A stretch of 64,000 bases of DNA, taken from Asterias rubens. Taxonomy: Eukaryota. Shown here piece after piece: positions 11,301 through 23,300 of the stretch (position 1 is its first letter; each line of letters starts with the position of its first letter). The stretch is taken from assembly GCF_902459465.1 (NCBI RefSeq), contig NC_047076.1:372001-436000 (forward strand), written 5' to 3'. The translations under genes were made by a program, and so were the position numbers. The notes beneath the pieces are model-generated. The model did not search any database and had not been told where the DNA came from. It saw only the letters and a list, made by a program, of their open reading frames with translations.

Positions 11301-14300
11301 ACACACAAGTTTACTATTTGTAGTTTTATCTTATTGACATTAACAAAATTGAAATCCTGTACATTTGCAGAATTCATTAGGAAAACAAGATTGAAGTCAA
11401 AAAGCAAATACTTCAGAAGCAATATTAAGTTTTTGTTATATAGTGGTTTTTTAGTGTCTTTTTATAAAATTACTTCTAAATGTACCAAGTCTTGTTTTAT
11501 TTTTAAACAATACAAAATCTATACTATTCAAAGCGTAACCATTGGATTGAAAATTAGAAGGTCCAGTGGCATGGCATCTTTGTGGTTCCAACACGGTTGT
11601 GTCGTTACAGATGTCGGGTTGCAAGTCTACAAAACCCTGAACCGAACTCCCTCTTACGAGTTGTCTGATTGGCTGGAGTCACGAGCGATATCTCCTTACA
11701 TGTGTGGTTGTCTGGTTTTGATATGGGCCACCTGTTGGTCTAAGGCGGGGAAGCTGTAGGCTGCACACAGAGCCACCCCTTTAGGTTTGAAGTGGGTGGC
11801 AACCTCGGACTCCCATTAACATTCCAGAGTGACTCATTGATGTTTCACAGAGTGGTAAATGGCATTGTGTATATACCATTTTGTACAGGGGGGTTTAATT
11901 TCGCGTGTTTAATAAAAAACATTAGGCTTTAATACATGCATCTGTTACATATGTGTTTATTACAATTAAGTCACTCATGTAGGCCTACCCAACTTTCCAG
12001 CATTTTTTAAACGCATCAAACAGCAACCCATTGTTGTGAAACTTTATTTGTTCCATTTAACTCTGCACCATTAGTGGTACAGTCCATAATGTCATCCCTC
12101 ACACACAACGTATACACGCAAAAGTTGAAACATTTTCAAAAAGAAAGTAAATACATTACTGATTCTTTTCATATACATTGTAGAGGTTTTGCCAGTTAAA
12201 CCTACAAAAGAGTACATGAAATCACCATTTAAGAATAGTATGCTTTCATAGTTACGAACTTTGTGAAACATCAACGGCTGTTTTGAAGCTGTAAATGAAC
12301 ATTCCATTCAAAGTTCTGAAGCAACAAAATTGTTAGAATGCAGTTTGGTGAGGACTCAGGATGTAGATTTTGCCAAATCCGTTTTGTATTAAGCAATCGG
12401 CCGTCAGGTTTTCGAAAGAGCCCTCATGTGCAGCTGAATCGGGTACTTTTTACGAATTTCTCCATACAAAATTAACCAAACTGGCCTACAAACCCTTAAA
12501 TTAACAAGGCAAATGTTTTCTGAAAGTGAATTAAGTGAGAGGATGTAGGGGTAGCTGGCATACAAACCCTCAAAATAACTAGGCAAATGTTTTCTGAAAG
12601 TGAATTAAGTGAGAGAATGTAGGAGTAGTTATTAAAGACCAATAAAATTACCGTTTCTATTATTTTAGTTTGTACAGGGTTTACATGAGAATTAATTGAT
12701 ATGAGAATAAACTTAACATAATTAGGCTGACGCTCTGTTACTCCCAAAAGCGGTGGTAAAAACAGTAGATTAGATGTTGCACAGCATGCTCCGAAAACTC
12801 GCTTTATTTGGTGCTCAGACAACTGTGTATGCGTCGTTGGACGTACGCTCAATAAATCACGATGAATGGGGCCTTAGATTCTAAAATCGTGTACACGTCA
12901 TTGGAAACAAAGCAAAAATCATTCAACAGTTATAGCAACCAATCATTAAATATATTTATTTTCAATACAATTTTGCAGAAATTGACTTTGTCGTTAAAGT
13001 CCATACCAACTGGCGCGTTTTTTTTTTGTATCTGCTGTATACCAGAACTTCTTCGAAGCTTCCTTTTCAGTCAGATAAACTCTGCGGCTATTAGTGGCTG
13101 TGATTATGAGTTTGTTTTAAAAGAGGGTACCTCTTTCATACAAGCCTTTTTAGTCGGATATCTCCTCTGCTATTAGCAGCGGTGATAATTATTGAAGGGG
13201 GAGACCAGACTTAGACCACTCAAATCCGTGGCTATCGGTGACTATGGATTTGTTGCTAAGGGAACCAAATACCACTGCTGATTCCAAATTCAGCGTGTTA
13301 TACATTGTCCGATTGGCCCATCTCCATATAAATTAACCAAACTGGACGTACAGACCCTCAAAATAACAAGGCAAATGTTTCACAAAGTTCGTAACTATAA
13401 TGAAAGCAGTTTGGGCGGGACTCAGGATGTACATTTTGCCAAGTGTAACTGAATTATACCAAATGTGCTCAACACAATAAAATAAGTTGTCATTGGAGCA
13501 GTGTACGCGCTATATTTTTAGTCGACTAAGCATTATTACCCTTACAGTCATCTTAGCTGGGAAATACTCAGTGCAGTGGATAAAATTGACACAATGACAA
13601 AAGCCTTAAGAGTTAAAACTATGCGTAAAAGAGGTGAAACATAATCTACATTACGGATAATGCGTTGGCCCGCTCGATCAACACTAAAACGGGTTATTAT
13701 TATAATTATAATATTACGAAATACCCTACATATCATGCCAAGTACCACCATTGCCAAGAATACCCATCCCCAATATTAAAGCTCAATTCCAGAAACAAAC
13801 ACCAATTCCTTTAGTTGGAGAACGCAAGAGAGAAGGTGAGGAGGGGAGGGACGTTTCACAACTAAGTTGTGCATGCTCAACAATAAATTTTTATCAAAAT
13901 ACAACATTAATGACAAATTTCCATACCGATTATAAATACAATTTCTAATCCAATATTACGAAATGATTATTACCTGTAAGAATACCTCCCTTTCCCCCAC
14001 ATTACCTTTTACAACATTTGTATACTAGAATCCTCCTCATCTAGCGGGGTGCAGCGCGAAGCGCGGCATCCCGCTAGTAACTTCTTAAACTTGTTACATT
14101 TTCAATGAGTGCTCTATGTTTTATATAAAAAATAAAAATATGTTCAAGTCTTTCCCACTTTTCAGGAATCTCATGCAATTTAACATTGAGTTGTCAAAAG
14201 GAAGACAAATGTTGTTGTTTTGTAAAGAAGGGCTTTGTAAAGTAACTTCAGCTTAGGAATCCAACTTATAGTCAATAATTATTCCTTTTGAATAATGGTC

Positions 14301-17300
14301 CATTGATGACCAGTACAATTTCTCTTGTGCTGAAATGATGATTTGGTTTTGAATAGTGACACATTTTGTGTAGAATTTTCCCTGCTTTACAGGGGAAATC
14401 ATTCACTGGGGTCATGTTTGTTTTAACTTGTTTTAAAATGTAAATAGATAAATAAAACAAATAGTTTTGTAAATGTTACTCTGCTTATTGTAGTAAATTG
14501 AGTATAAACATGCCATACCCTCTATCTCAACTACAGTACTAAACATGCCATACCCTCTATCTCAACTACAGTACTAAACATGACATACCCTCTATCTCAA
14601 CTACAGTACTAAACATGCCATACCCTCTATCTCAACTACAGTACTAAACATGCCATACCCTCTATCTCAACTACAGTACTAAACATGCCATACCCTCTAT
14701 CTCAACTACAGTACTAAACATGCCATACCCTCTATCTCAACTACAGTACTAAACATGCCTCACCCTCTATCTCAACTACAGTACTAAACATGCCTCACCC
14801 TCTATCTCAACTACAGTACTAAACATGCCATACCCTCTATCTCAACTACAGTACTAAACATGCCATACCCTCTATCTCAACTACAGTACTAAACATGCCA
14901 TACCCTCTATCTCAACTACAGTACTAAACATGCCATACCCTCTATCTCAACTACAGTACTAAACATGCCATACCCTCTATCTCAACTACAGTACTAAATA
15001 TGCCATACCCTCTATCTCAACTACAGTACTAAACATGCCATACCCTCTATCTCAACTACAGTACTAAACATGCCATACCCTCTATCTCAACTACAGTACT
15101 AAACATGCCATACCCTCTATCTCAACTACAGTACTAAATATGCCATACCCTCTATCTCAACTACAGTACTAAACATGCCATACCCTCTATCTCAACTACA
15201 GTACTAAACATGCCATACCCTCTATCTCAACTACAGTACTAAATATGCCATACCCTCTATCTCAACTACAGTACTAAACATGCCATACCCTCCATCTCAA
15301 CTACAGTACTAAACATGCCATACCCTCTATCTCAACTACAGTACTAAACATGCCATACCCTCTATCTCAACTACAGTACTCATACAAAAATATACCTTGT
15401 TATAAGTGTACATTGCATACCAAGTATTAGACTTATTTTACTTAATTCTTTCTTGACCCTAGCAGAGTCTTAGCAGAGTCTTTCTTGACCCTAGCAGAGT
15501 CTTTCTTGACCCTAGCAGAGTCTTTCTTGACCCTAGCAGAGTCTTTCTTGACTCTTGCAGAGTCTTTCTTTCTTGACCCTAGAAGAGTCTTTCTTGACCC
15601 TAGCAGAGTCTTTCTTGACCCTAGCAGAGTCTTTCTTGACCCTAGCAGAGTCTTTCTTGACCCTAGCAGAGTCTTTCTTAACCCTAGTAGAGCTTTTCTG
15701 GCTCCTAGCAGAGGCTTTTCTAGGGTCAAAAACGTCAAGCCATTAACTAATTATTTTGCATTCACCATGGTCCTTTTGGTTTGCATTAGTTTGCAAGAGC
15801 TGATGCTATTTTTTCATTTAATTCTTTTGTCATACATCTTTGTGAAGTATGGCATTGACAAATCAATCAGGCGCTGTATGTCAGCTGACACTTCTGGTTT
15901 AGACTCTTGGCTTTGGACCTGAGGCTTCAAGAAACAAGTGCCACTTCGGAAATTCTTAAAGCTTTGACTAAATTGAATGATATTGTGCAGTGGTTCACTG
16001 ACTGTCCAGTCCTTAACAAAGTCAACCCCAGCATCCCAGTTAAGTAACTCATCACTGTATGGAATCCCTAATGTCTTACAGAAACCAGACAGCATGGTTG
16101 CTGGATTATTTACAAGATCATCTGCATCTAAGATAACTGGGTCTGGGTCTAAACCTTTCTCTTTTACGTAGGAATATAAATCATAGGTTTCTTTAAAACC
16201 ACCTCCTTCTGGAAATATCTCCGAGGGCATTTTGTCAAGGTCCACTTCATCTAGTGACATATTGGTATTACCTTTACGATTCACCATTTCAACTATTAGT
16301 TTCTTCCAAGATGGAAAGACCCTGGCTGGGTTACGTATGAGAAAGGCATGGCGATAGCCAGAATCTGGAAGATACTCAAATTTCCCATCGGCACAATAAG
16401 ACATTTCTTTGGCAAAAATAATCTTCTTATCAGGGTATCCTGTCTCCATGTGGTGTTTTAGCCATTTATAAGTACAGATTGAACTGTCGAAACCACACCC
16501 GGGATCCTTCAGAATTTCTTCCGGGGTCTTATCAGTGATCACACCAGGTAAAGGGGAAATATCAATCATTTTGTTTGGGCCAAAGAATCTTGCCGTGCTG
16601 TACATCTCAAACAGCATCTTAGAATCTGGAACTTTGTCCATACACTTCAATAAAGCTGAAGAGATGCTTCGAGGACTCGTCCAGAGAATGACTTTGATTT
16701 GGTCGGAATTATCAATCATTTTGACTTTGATTTGGTCGGCCATACTTCAATAAAGCTGAAGAGATGCTTCGAGGACTCACCCAGAGAATGACTTTGATTT
16801 GGTGTGTATTAACACCCAGTTTCTTGACCTGAGGCTGATGATGTTCCTCTAAATTGAAAAGGAAAAAGAAAAAGTAACAATATAAAAACCCAATGTATGC
16901 CTGGAATGCATCTATTGCCCCTGGTCTTGGCCTTGGTGCCCCCTTCAGAAGTTTCCCATAGACTTTAAGATTTTCCAATGGAAGTGCTCGTTTCAAAATG
17001 GAAATGGCTTTGCTCTCTCAAAGATAACATTCCAGGCCTGATTGTATGCTTGACCCTTTTACATATGTCACATCTATTGACTCTGACTAGACTGTCTTGA
17101 GGTTAATTTTGCATCCAGGGGGTGGGGGGGGGGGGTGGTCAAGAATATTAATTTTGGATTTATCCTTACAGAGATGTGTGTTAGCTCTGTATGTACTTCT
17201 AAAGTACTTTCCCCAGGTCTGTGAAAACAAATCCACAACGTATTAGAATCTTGAACTTTGTCCATACAAAGTTGTGGGTTAGAATCCCATCCGAGTAATA

Positions 17301-20300
17301 TGCCTGTCAGGCCCTAAACTCAGCCCAAAGAACTCAATCAATTTTTAAATCAACTCAAACAGCTCAGGTTATCCCATTTTTACTGATTTTCTTAATCCCA
17401 ATTTTACTGGCTTTTGTTATTACTCCATTGTGGTTCATCTGTTTGTTTTTTTTGTTTTTGGTTGTGTGTTTTTAATGGATGTGTATTTTTCCCCCTTTAA
17501 ATTTCTTCGTCCTATTTAAAAACGTTTTTTTTTTTTTAAGTTTTCAAAATGTATGTGTGCTTGGATCTAGTGCTTTTTTTAAATGAATGTGCAATGTTTT
17601 TCTGTGTAAATTTGTAATATTTTATCTTAAGTTCACTTCTGTAGTTTGTTATTAGCTGGGATCCATGGGAGATCAGTGAGTTTTTCTCACTGAATGGATT
17701 TCCCAGGATAAACAAGAAATGGGATAAATAAATAAATAAATAAACTGTTTTTCGGCATTTTTCTTCAAATTATGTCCTTTTGGTTAGGCCAAATAAAATA
17801 AATAACCAGTTGATCGTCCCCTGCCGCATCCTTTTTGGGGGCCGCATCCTTTTTTTAACTATGTGTTATTTTTCGATTTTTGTATAAAAAAAATATATAA
17901 AAAAAGGACTGGCCTAGGAGTTAAACAATATTAGTGAATGCCTACCAGCAAATCTTTTAGTGTAATCCGACCCTGTTAATAATAGTGTTAACACAGGTCC
18001 TCATGCAAGAAGAATTGGTGGCCTGTTCGATTTGAAATACTAAGTGGTCATCTTGAAAAAACATAATAAAATAAAAAGGCCCTCATCCTCCTCTTTTTTG
18101 AAAAATCCAGACGATCAACTGGTATTTTTTTTTTTTTTTTTGCGTTTGTAAGCAGTTTGCAACAGCTAATTCCATTTTCACATCTTTAATTGTACCTATA
18201 AATTTCATTATGTATTGAAAGTTTATCGTACATTTTGTCTTTCTCTGTTTCATCACAAACTGCTTTGGTCTTGATGAAATGGCGGTATGTAAAACATTTT
18301 TGTATGTATGTATATTGGAGCACATAACCTGCTATTCCTGGCAACATATTATGCGACCAATATTTCTCTTGAAAAAGTTTTAAAGATCATCATCTTTTTC
18401 ACTTACATTCAACTAGCTGTGTTTACTCAGATTCTCATTGTCCGTCAGTCCAAAAGTTTTTTCTCCTTCTTCCTTTTGAGAGCAGTCTCGAGATGATTGC
18501 AGAAAACAGTGGCTTCTTCAAACTGATTACAAACCAAACTTATAAAGGTGGTTTAACAGTACGTAAATGCAAAGTGTTGTAGTGGTGTACCGTTATGTTG
18601 GATGGAACAATAGCTAATCTTGCTCCAAGGTCAGACACGAAGCCACAGAACGAATACGCAGACTAAAAGGTGTAGGAACACTGAATACAAAGCAGGATTG
18701 TGTGGAGGCTCTGGATGGGAGTGTGTTAGTGCACAGGTGTATGAGCTGGTTTTTGTGTCAGAAGCAGAGTGTACTCCCTCAAAGGCTAAATAACAACACA
18801 TACAAGAAGTCAAATAGGGTCCCGTAAACGTTGAGAACAATTAAGTGAAGTAAAAAAAAAAAAGTCACCTCAATCCACTAAAATAGTCCTGGCTGTTTTT
18901 CTCCCTACGCCCAGGCTGTAGGTAAAAAGCAGGACAGTTCTTTTCAGAGCTGAGAAGTCTCCCAAATTCACCCCAAAACGTACTTCACAGTAGTATAATA
19001 TAACAAGATAAGTTCTCATAAGAACACCCCAGGAGTTGTAAATATACTTATGATGTTACCACAAACCAAATAAAAATACACCTATAACAGGATCATTGAA
19101 TACAAAGCAGAATGGTTCTGAATATGGGGAAATGTACGTACGTGTAGTACCATCCAGCTGGGGGGGGGGTGCATAGTATACACAAAACACAATTCTGTAG
19201 TTCCTGTTAAACCGGGTTCATATGTCCTGCAAATTTGCTCTTTTTTTTATGCGAATTAATTTTTTTTTTATGCGAATTAATTGTGTGATATCAAAATTTG
19301 TATCGCATCCGCATTCGCAGGAAGTATGAATCGGGCTTACCTCCAACATTTAAAGTTTTATATCCTACTTGTTCTTTTTTGTTGGTATTTTTGGGGGGGT
19401 TTTTTTTTTTTGGGGGGGGGCTTGGTATTTATACAATACACCTGTAGTTGTTGCTACTAAAAATTAAAAATCAAAATCAAGACTTTGGTTGTAGCCATAT
19501 TGCCAGGTACTGTCTGTTTACTGATTGGCCTTTACTTAATTCAAGTTTGACCTCGTTTGTATGATCTCAACCCCCCATGGTTAGGAAGGTTCTAAACTTT
19601 CTGCTAGTGCTAGGTCATCAATTGTGTTGCAGACTCAGTTTGTTGGGTTGATGGAATCTCTGAAGTGTACAGATAATGTATGTTTATAATATAATAACAA
19701 TACACAGATTTTATAGTGCATGAAATTTGTGCTACATTTAACAAGGATTAGGAAACATCAACTTTTGCGAGTAGTTCATCAACTAGTGAGTGCCAATGAC
19801 AGGAAATTGTGAACTCTAATAATTATATAAACAAAATTAATTAAATCCACCATATACATAAACTGACAAACCTGTGAAAGTTTGAGACCCATCGGCCATG
19901 TGGGTCACACAAAAATAGTGGAAAACCAATTTGCACATTTTTGCATGACATCCTTAAAAAACAAAAAAATACGCTCACTGAGCGGTAAACCCCAATTCAG
20001 AAATTAGGTTATTTATATCTCATCAAATATGACATTTCAAGGGATGTTTTTTACTATCATCATCATTAGACCATATTAGTTTTATGTTTATCTGTAATCT
20101 TTATGATTTGTTTCTTGCCAATTTTGTAATGTTCCTTGAAGGTTTTAATAGACAATTCCATTAAACCTTGTTTTTTATTGGACTAATCACTACTGGGACT
20201 TTGAGCAAACAAAATACAAAGTGCTACTATTAAATTCCACCACATTCTTGTTTATAGATAGCTCATTATGTACCAGTATACAATTGTTGCACGCTGTGGC

Positions 20301-23300
20301 GGGATCCATGGCGTTTTGTTCACCGAAGGGGGGAAATGGCACCTGAGGCGAAACCGAGGGTACCATTTGCCACCGAGGGTGTACAAAACCCATGGACCCC
20401 AGTCACAGCGTGCAACAATTGTTTTGTTACACCTTTGTATAATTGTTGTTCCTCTTCTCGAAGTTCTGTTTTCATCTTCAAACATTATTACGACTGACTA
20501 TTCATTGTTTAATTAGCAGACGAACAAGAAACAATTCCCTTGAACCCGCGGTTGTTTCGTACACGGCGCTGGAAATCGACCAACGCCGGGAACGATCACG
20601 GTGATGTACACCGGTTGTACATCACTTTTCATGTTACCCGGCCCGTCAAGCCATGTAACATGCATCTTTGTTGCGCGTCACATGATTGGTTCTCGACCAA
20701 TCAAACTTCACAGTTTGTTACCGAGGTATAACAAGACTGTATGCTTCATTTTTAAAAAGGCAAGGGCACCAAGGCGTTTTCTACTTGGCAAAGGGCACCC
20801 TACATGTATGAGGAAGTTGTAAATTTCTTCGGGAGCATTTTAAGAGCACCAAGGTATTGATGAGGGGGCATGGAGGCAATCGCCTTCATTGCCACAGTGA
20901 AGTATTAGGTCTGATGTACAATGCATCAATCATGTATCAATGTGACAGTTCACAATGATAGGTTTAAAAGGGGTATTTATTGATGTTAAAGTGTCAAAAC
21001 ATTTCATTTCATTCTTTTTTTATGCATCTCTTTGTAGTATGGCATAGCGCTATCAGTGTGTCTCTGAACATATTCACATAAGTCTGCTGACCATTCGGCT
21101 TCAGATCTAGGCATTTGACTTTTGACATTTGGCTTCAAAAAACAAGTGCTGTTTCGAAAATTCTCAAAGCTTAGATCATGTTTAATGATATCATACAGTG
21201 GTTGACTGATTGACCAGTCCTTAACAACGTCAACTCCAGCATCCCAGTTGAGTAACTCATCACTGTATGGAATCCCTAATGTCTTACAGAAACCAGACAG
21301 TATGGTTGCTGGATCATTTACAAGATCATCTGCATCTAAGATAACTGGGTCTGGGTCTAAACCTTTCTCTTTTACATAGGAATATAAATCATACATTGCT
21401 TTAAAAACCTCCTCATGTGGAAAGAACGTAGTGTCATCTATCGGTCGCGCACTATACCTATCAGAGAAATTGTCTTTGAATGTTATCGATTGTTGCATCC
21501 ATGAATGAAGAACTTTAGTTGGATTCCTAATGAGGAAAGCATGGCGACATCCAGAGTCTGGAAGATATTCAAACTTCCCTTCAGCACTGTAACATATCTC
21601 TTTAAAGATAACCACCTTCTTGTCAGGGTATCCTGTCTCCATGTGGTGTTTTAGCCATTTATAGGTACAGATTGAACTGTCGAAACCACACCCGGGATCC
21701 TTCAGAATTTCTTCCTGGGTCTTATCTGTGATCAAACCTGGTAGAGGTGTTAGTCGCTCGTTAATGTTGGCAGGCGCAACCCTGTCAGGACCAAAGTACT
21801 GCGCAGTAGAGAACATCTCAAACACCATCTTAGATTCTGAAACTTTGTCCATACACTTCAAGAAAGCGGATGAGACGGTTCGAGGACACGCCCAGAGAAT
21901 GACTTTGGTTCGATCGGCCATCTGTCTTGTTTTGTTACGAGGTTCTGGAATGAGAAAATAAAGAAACCAATATCATAAGGAAATTAATTAACCTTTTAAC
22001 GCATACATTGTCATTAATTGCTATGTTGTGTTCACAGAGGGAAAATTCATTCAAAAGATAAGCCCCCCCCCCCCCACAAAAAAGAAAAAAGGAAAAAAAA
22101 AACATACCAAAACTATTCTGTTTTTGAAGCAGCAATATGGAAAGAGTCTAGCAAGATGCAAAGTGCAGTTAAAGGAACATTACAAAATTGTTTTTTTGCT
22201 AACAAAATAGTTGCTGGCAATGTAAGCACCATAAACTGACAAACCTAGGTCACATTAAAAAATAGTGACATTGATGCAAAAACAAAAATGAATAAAACGC
22301 TCACTGAGCATTAAACTCCAAACAGGAAATTAGTTTGATTTATTTCTCATCAAAGATTCTGTCAGTCACTATAGAGGGGTACAAAGATTTATTGATAATT
22401 TAGAAAACTGCTTAACTGTCTAAAATAGTAATCAAAAACACTGGAATTTAAGCATTAGCCACGGAAATACCTCACAAAAATCACAGACGCCCTAAAAAAA
22501 ACACAGGAGAGTTTATGAAGACTTACATGTATAAATGTCCACTCAAAATGTTTACCTTCTTGTGAAATCCAAACAAGTTGACTGGTGTGACAGGTGCAAT
22601 AGAGGTGGGATACAGGTGCAATAGAGGTGTGATTCAAGTTGACTGGTGCAGGTTTACTGATGAGAGAGAAAACTACTGACATGAACTGACCAGCTTGCAA
22701 TACTCAGAATGATTCTTCAAAATCCAAAACAGTTCCTTTTAAAAGGACTCCTCCTACACAAAAACAAACACAAAGTCACAAGATCGAACTATGCCCTCCT
22801 TAAATACGTCAAACCAAATTCAGAAATGGTGGTCTGATGTTATGTATTTATTCTATAGTTTATATCAAAGGTCTTCAAACTTTTAGTTAACTCAGTCTAA
22901 ATATAGAACCTCACACCACCATTTCTTGATTTCATTTGACTTGATGAATTAGGTCACATTGGCAGGTTTAAAAATTTAATTTTTTTTGGTAATTATTTGT
23001 ATAAATGCTTATCATTTGCCTAACGTGAAAAAAATCAGGTATTGTTTCAACTTTGAGTGCATGTTTTTAGCTTGTGCCAAGCGTCACTATCTTGTGTAGG
23101 CACTGCATGGGATTCATCGCGCCTCGATTGACGTCACGAACAGCGCCCTCTTGGGTCGGGCTTATTTTCAAATTTGTAAATAACATGGAAACTAATTTTT
23201 TTAAACCTTAGTTAATTGTTTATTCATATTCCACTCATCAAAACACATAGTTTAGTGACAAAAGCTTTATTTTGACAAAATACCACTTCCAGATGACTTT

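Noticed and set aside
11500-11780. GC box, CCAAT and donor-like site as promoter or first exon of sulfotransferase copy 1
   Set aside because: Motif spacing is too tight and ambiguous to support without transcript data.
15442-15922. ORFs such as TLAESFL and KKDSARV repeats
   Set aside because: They are translations of the 21-bp array.
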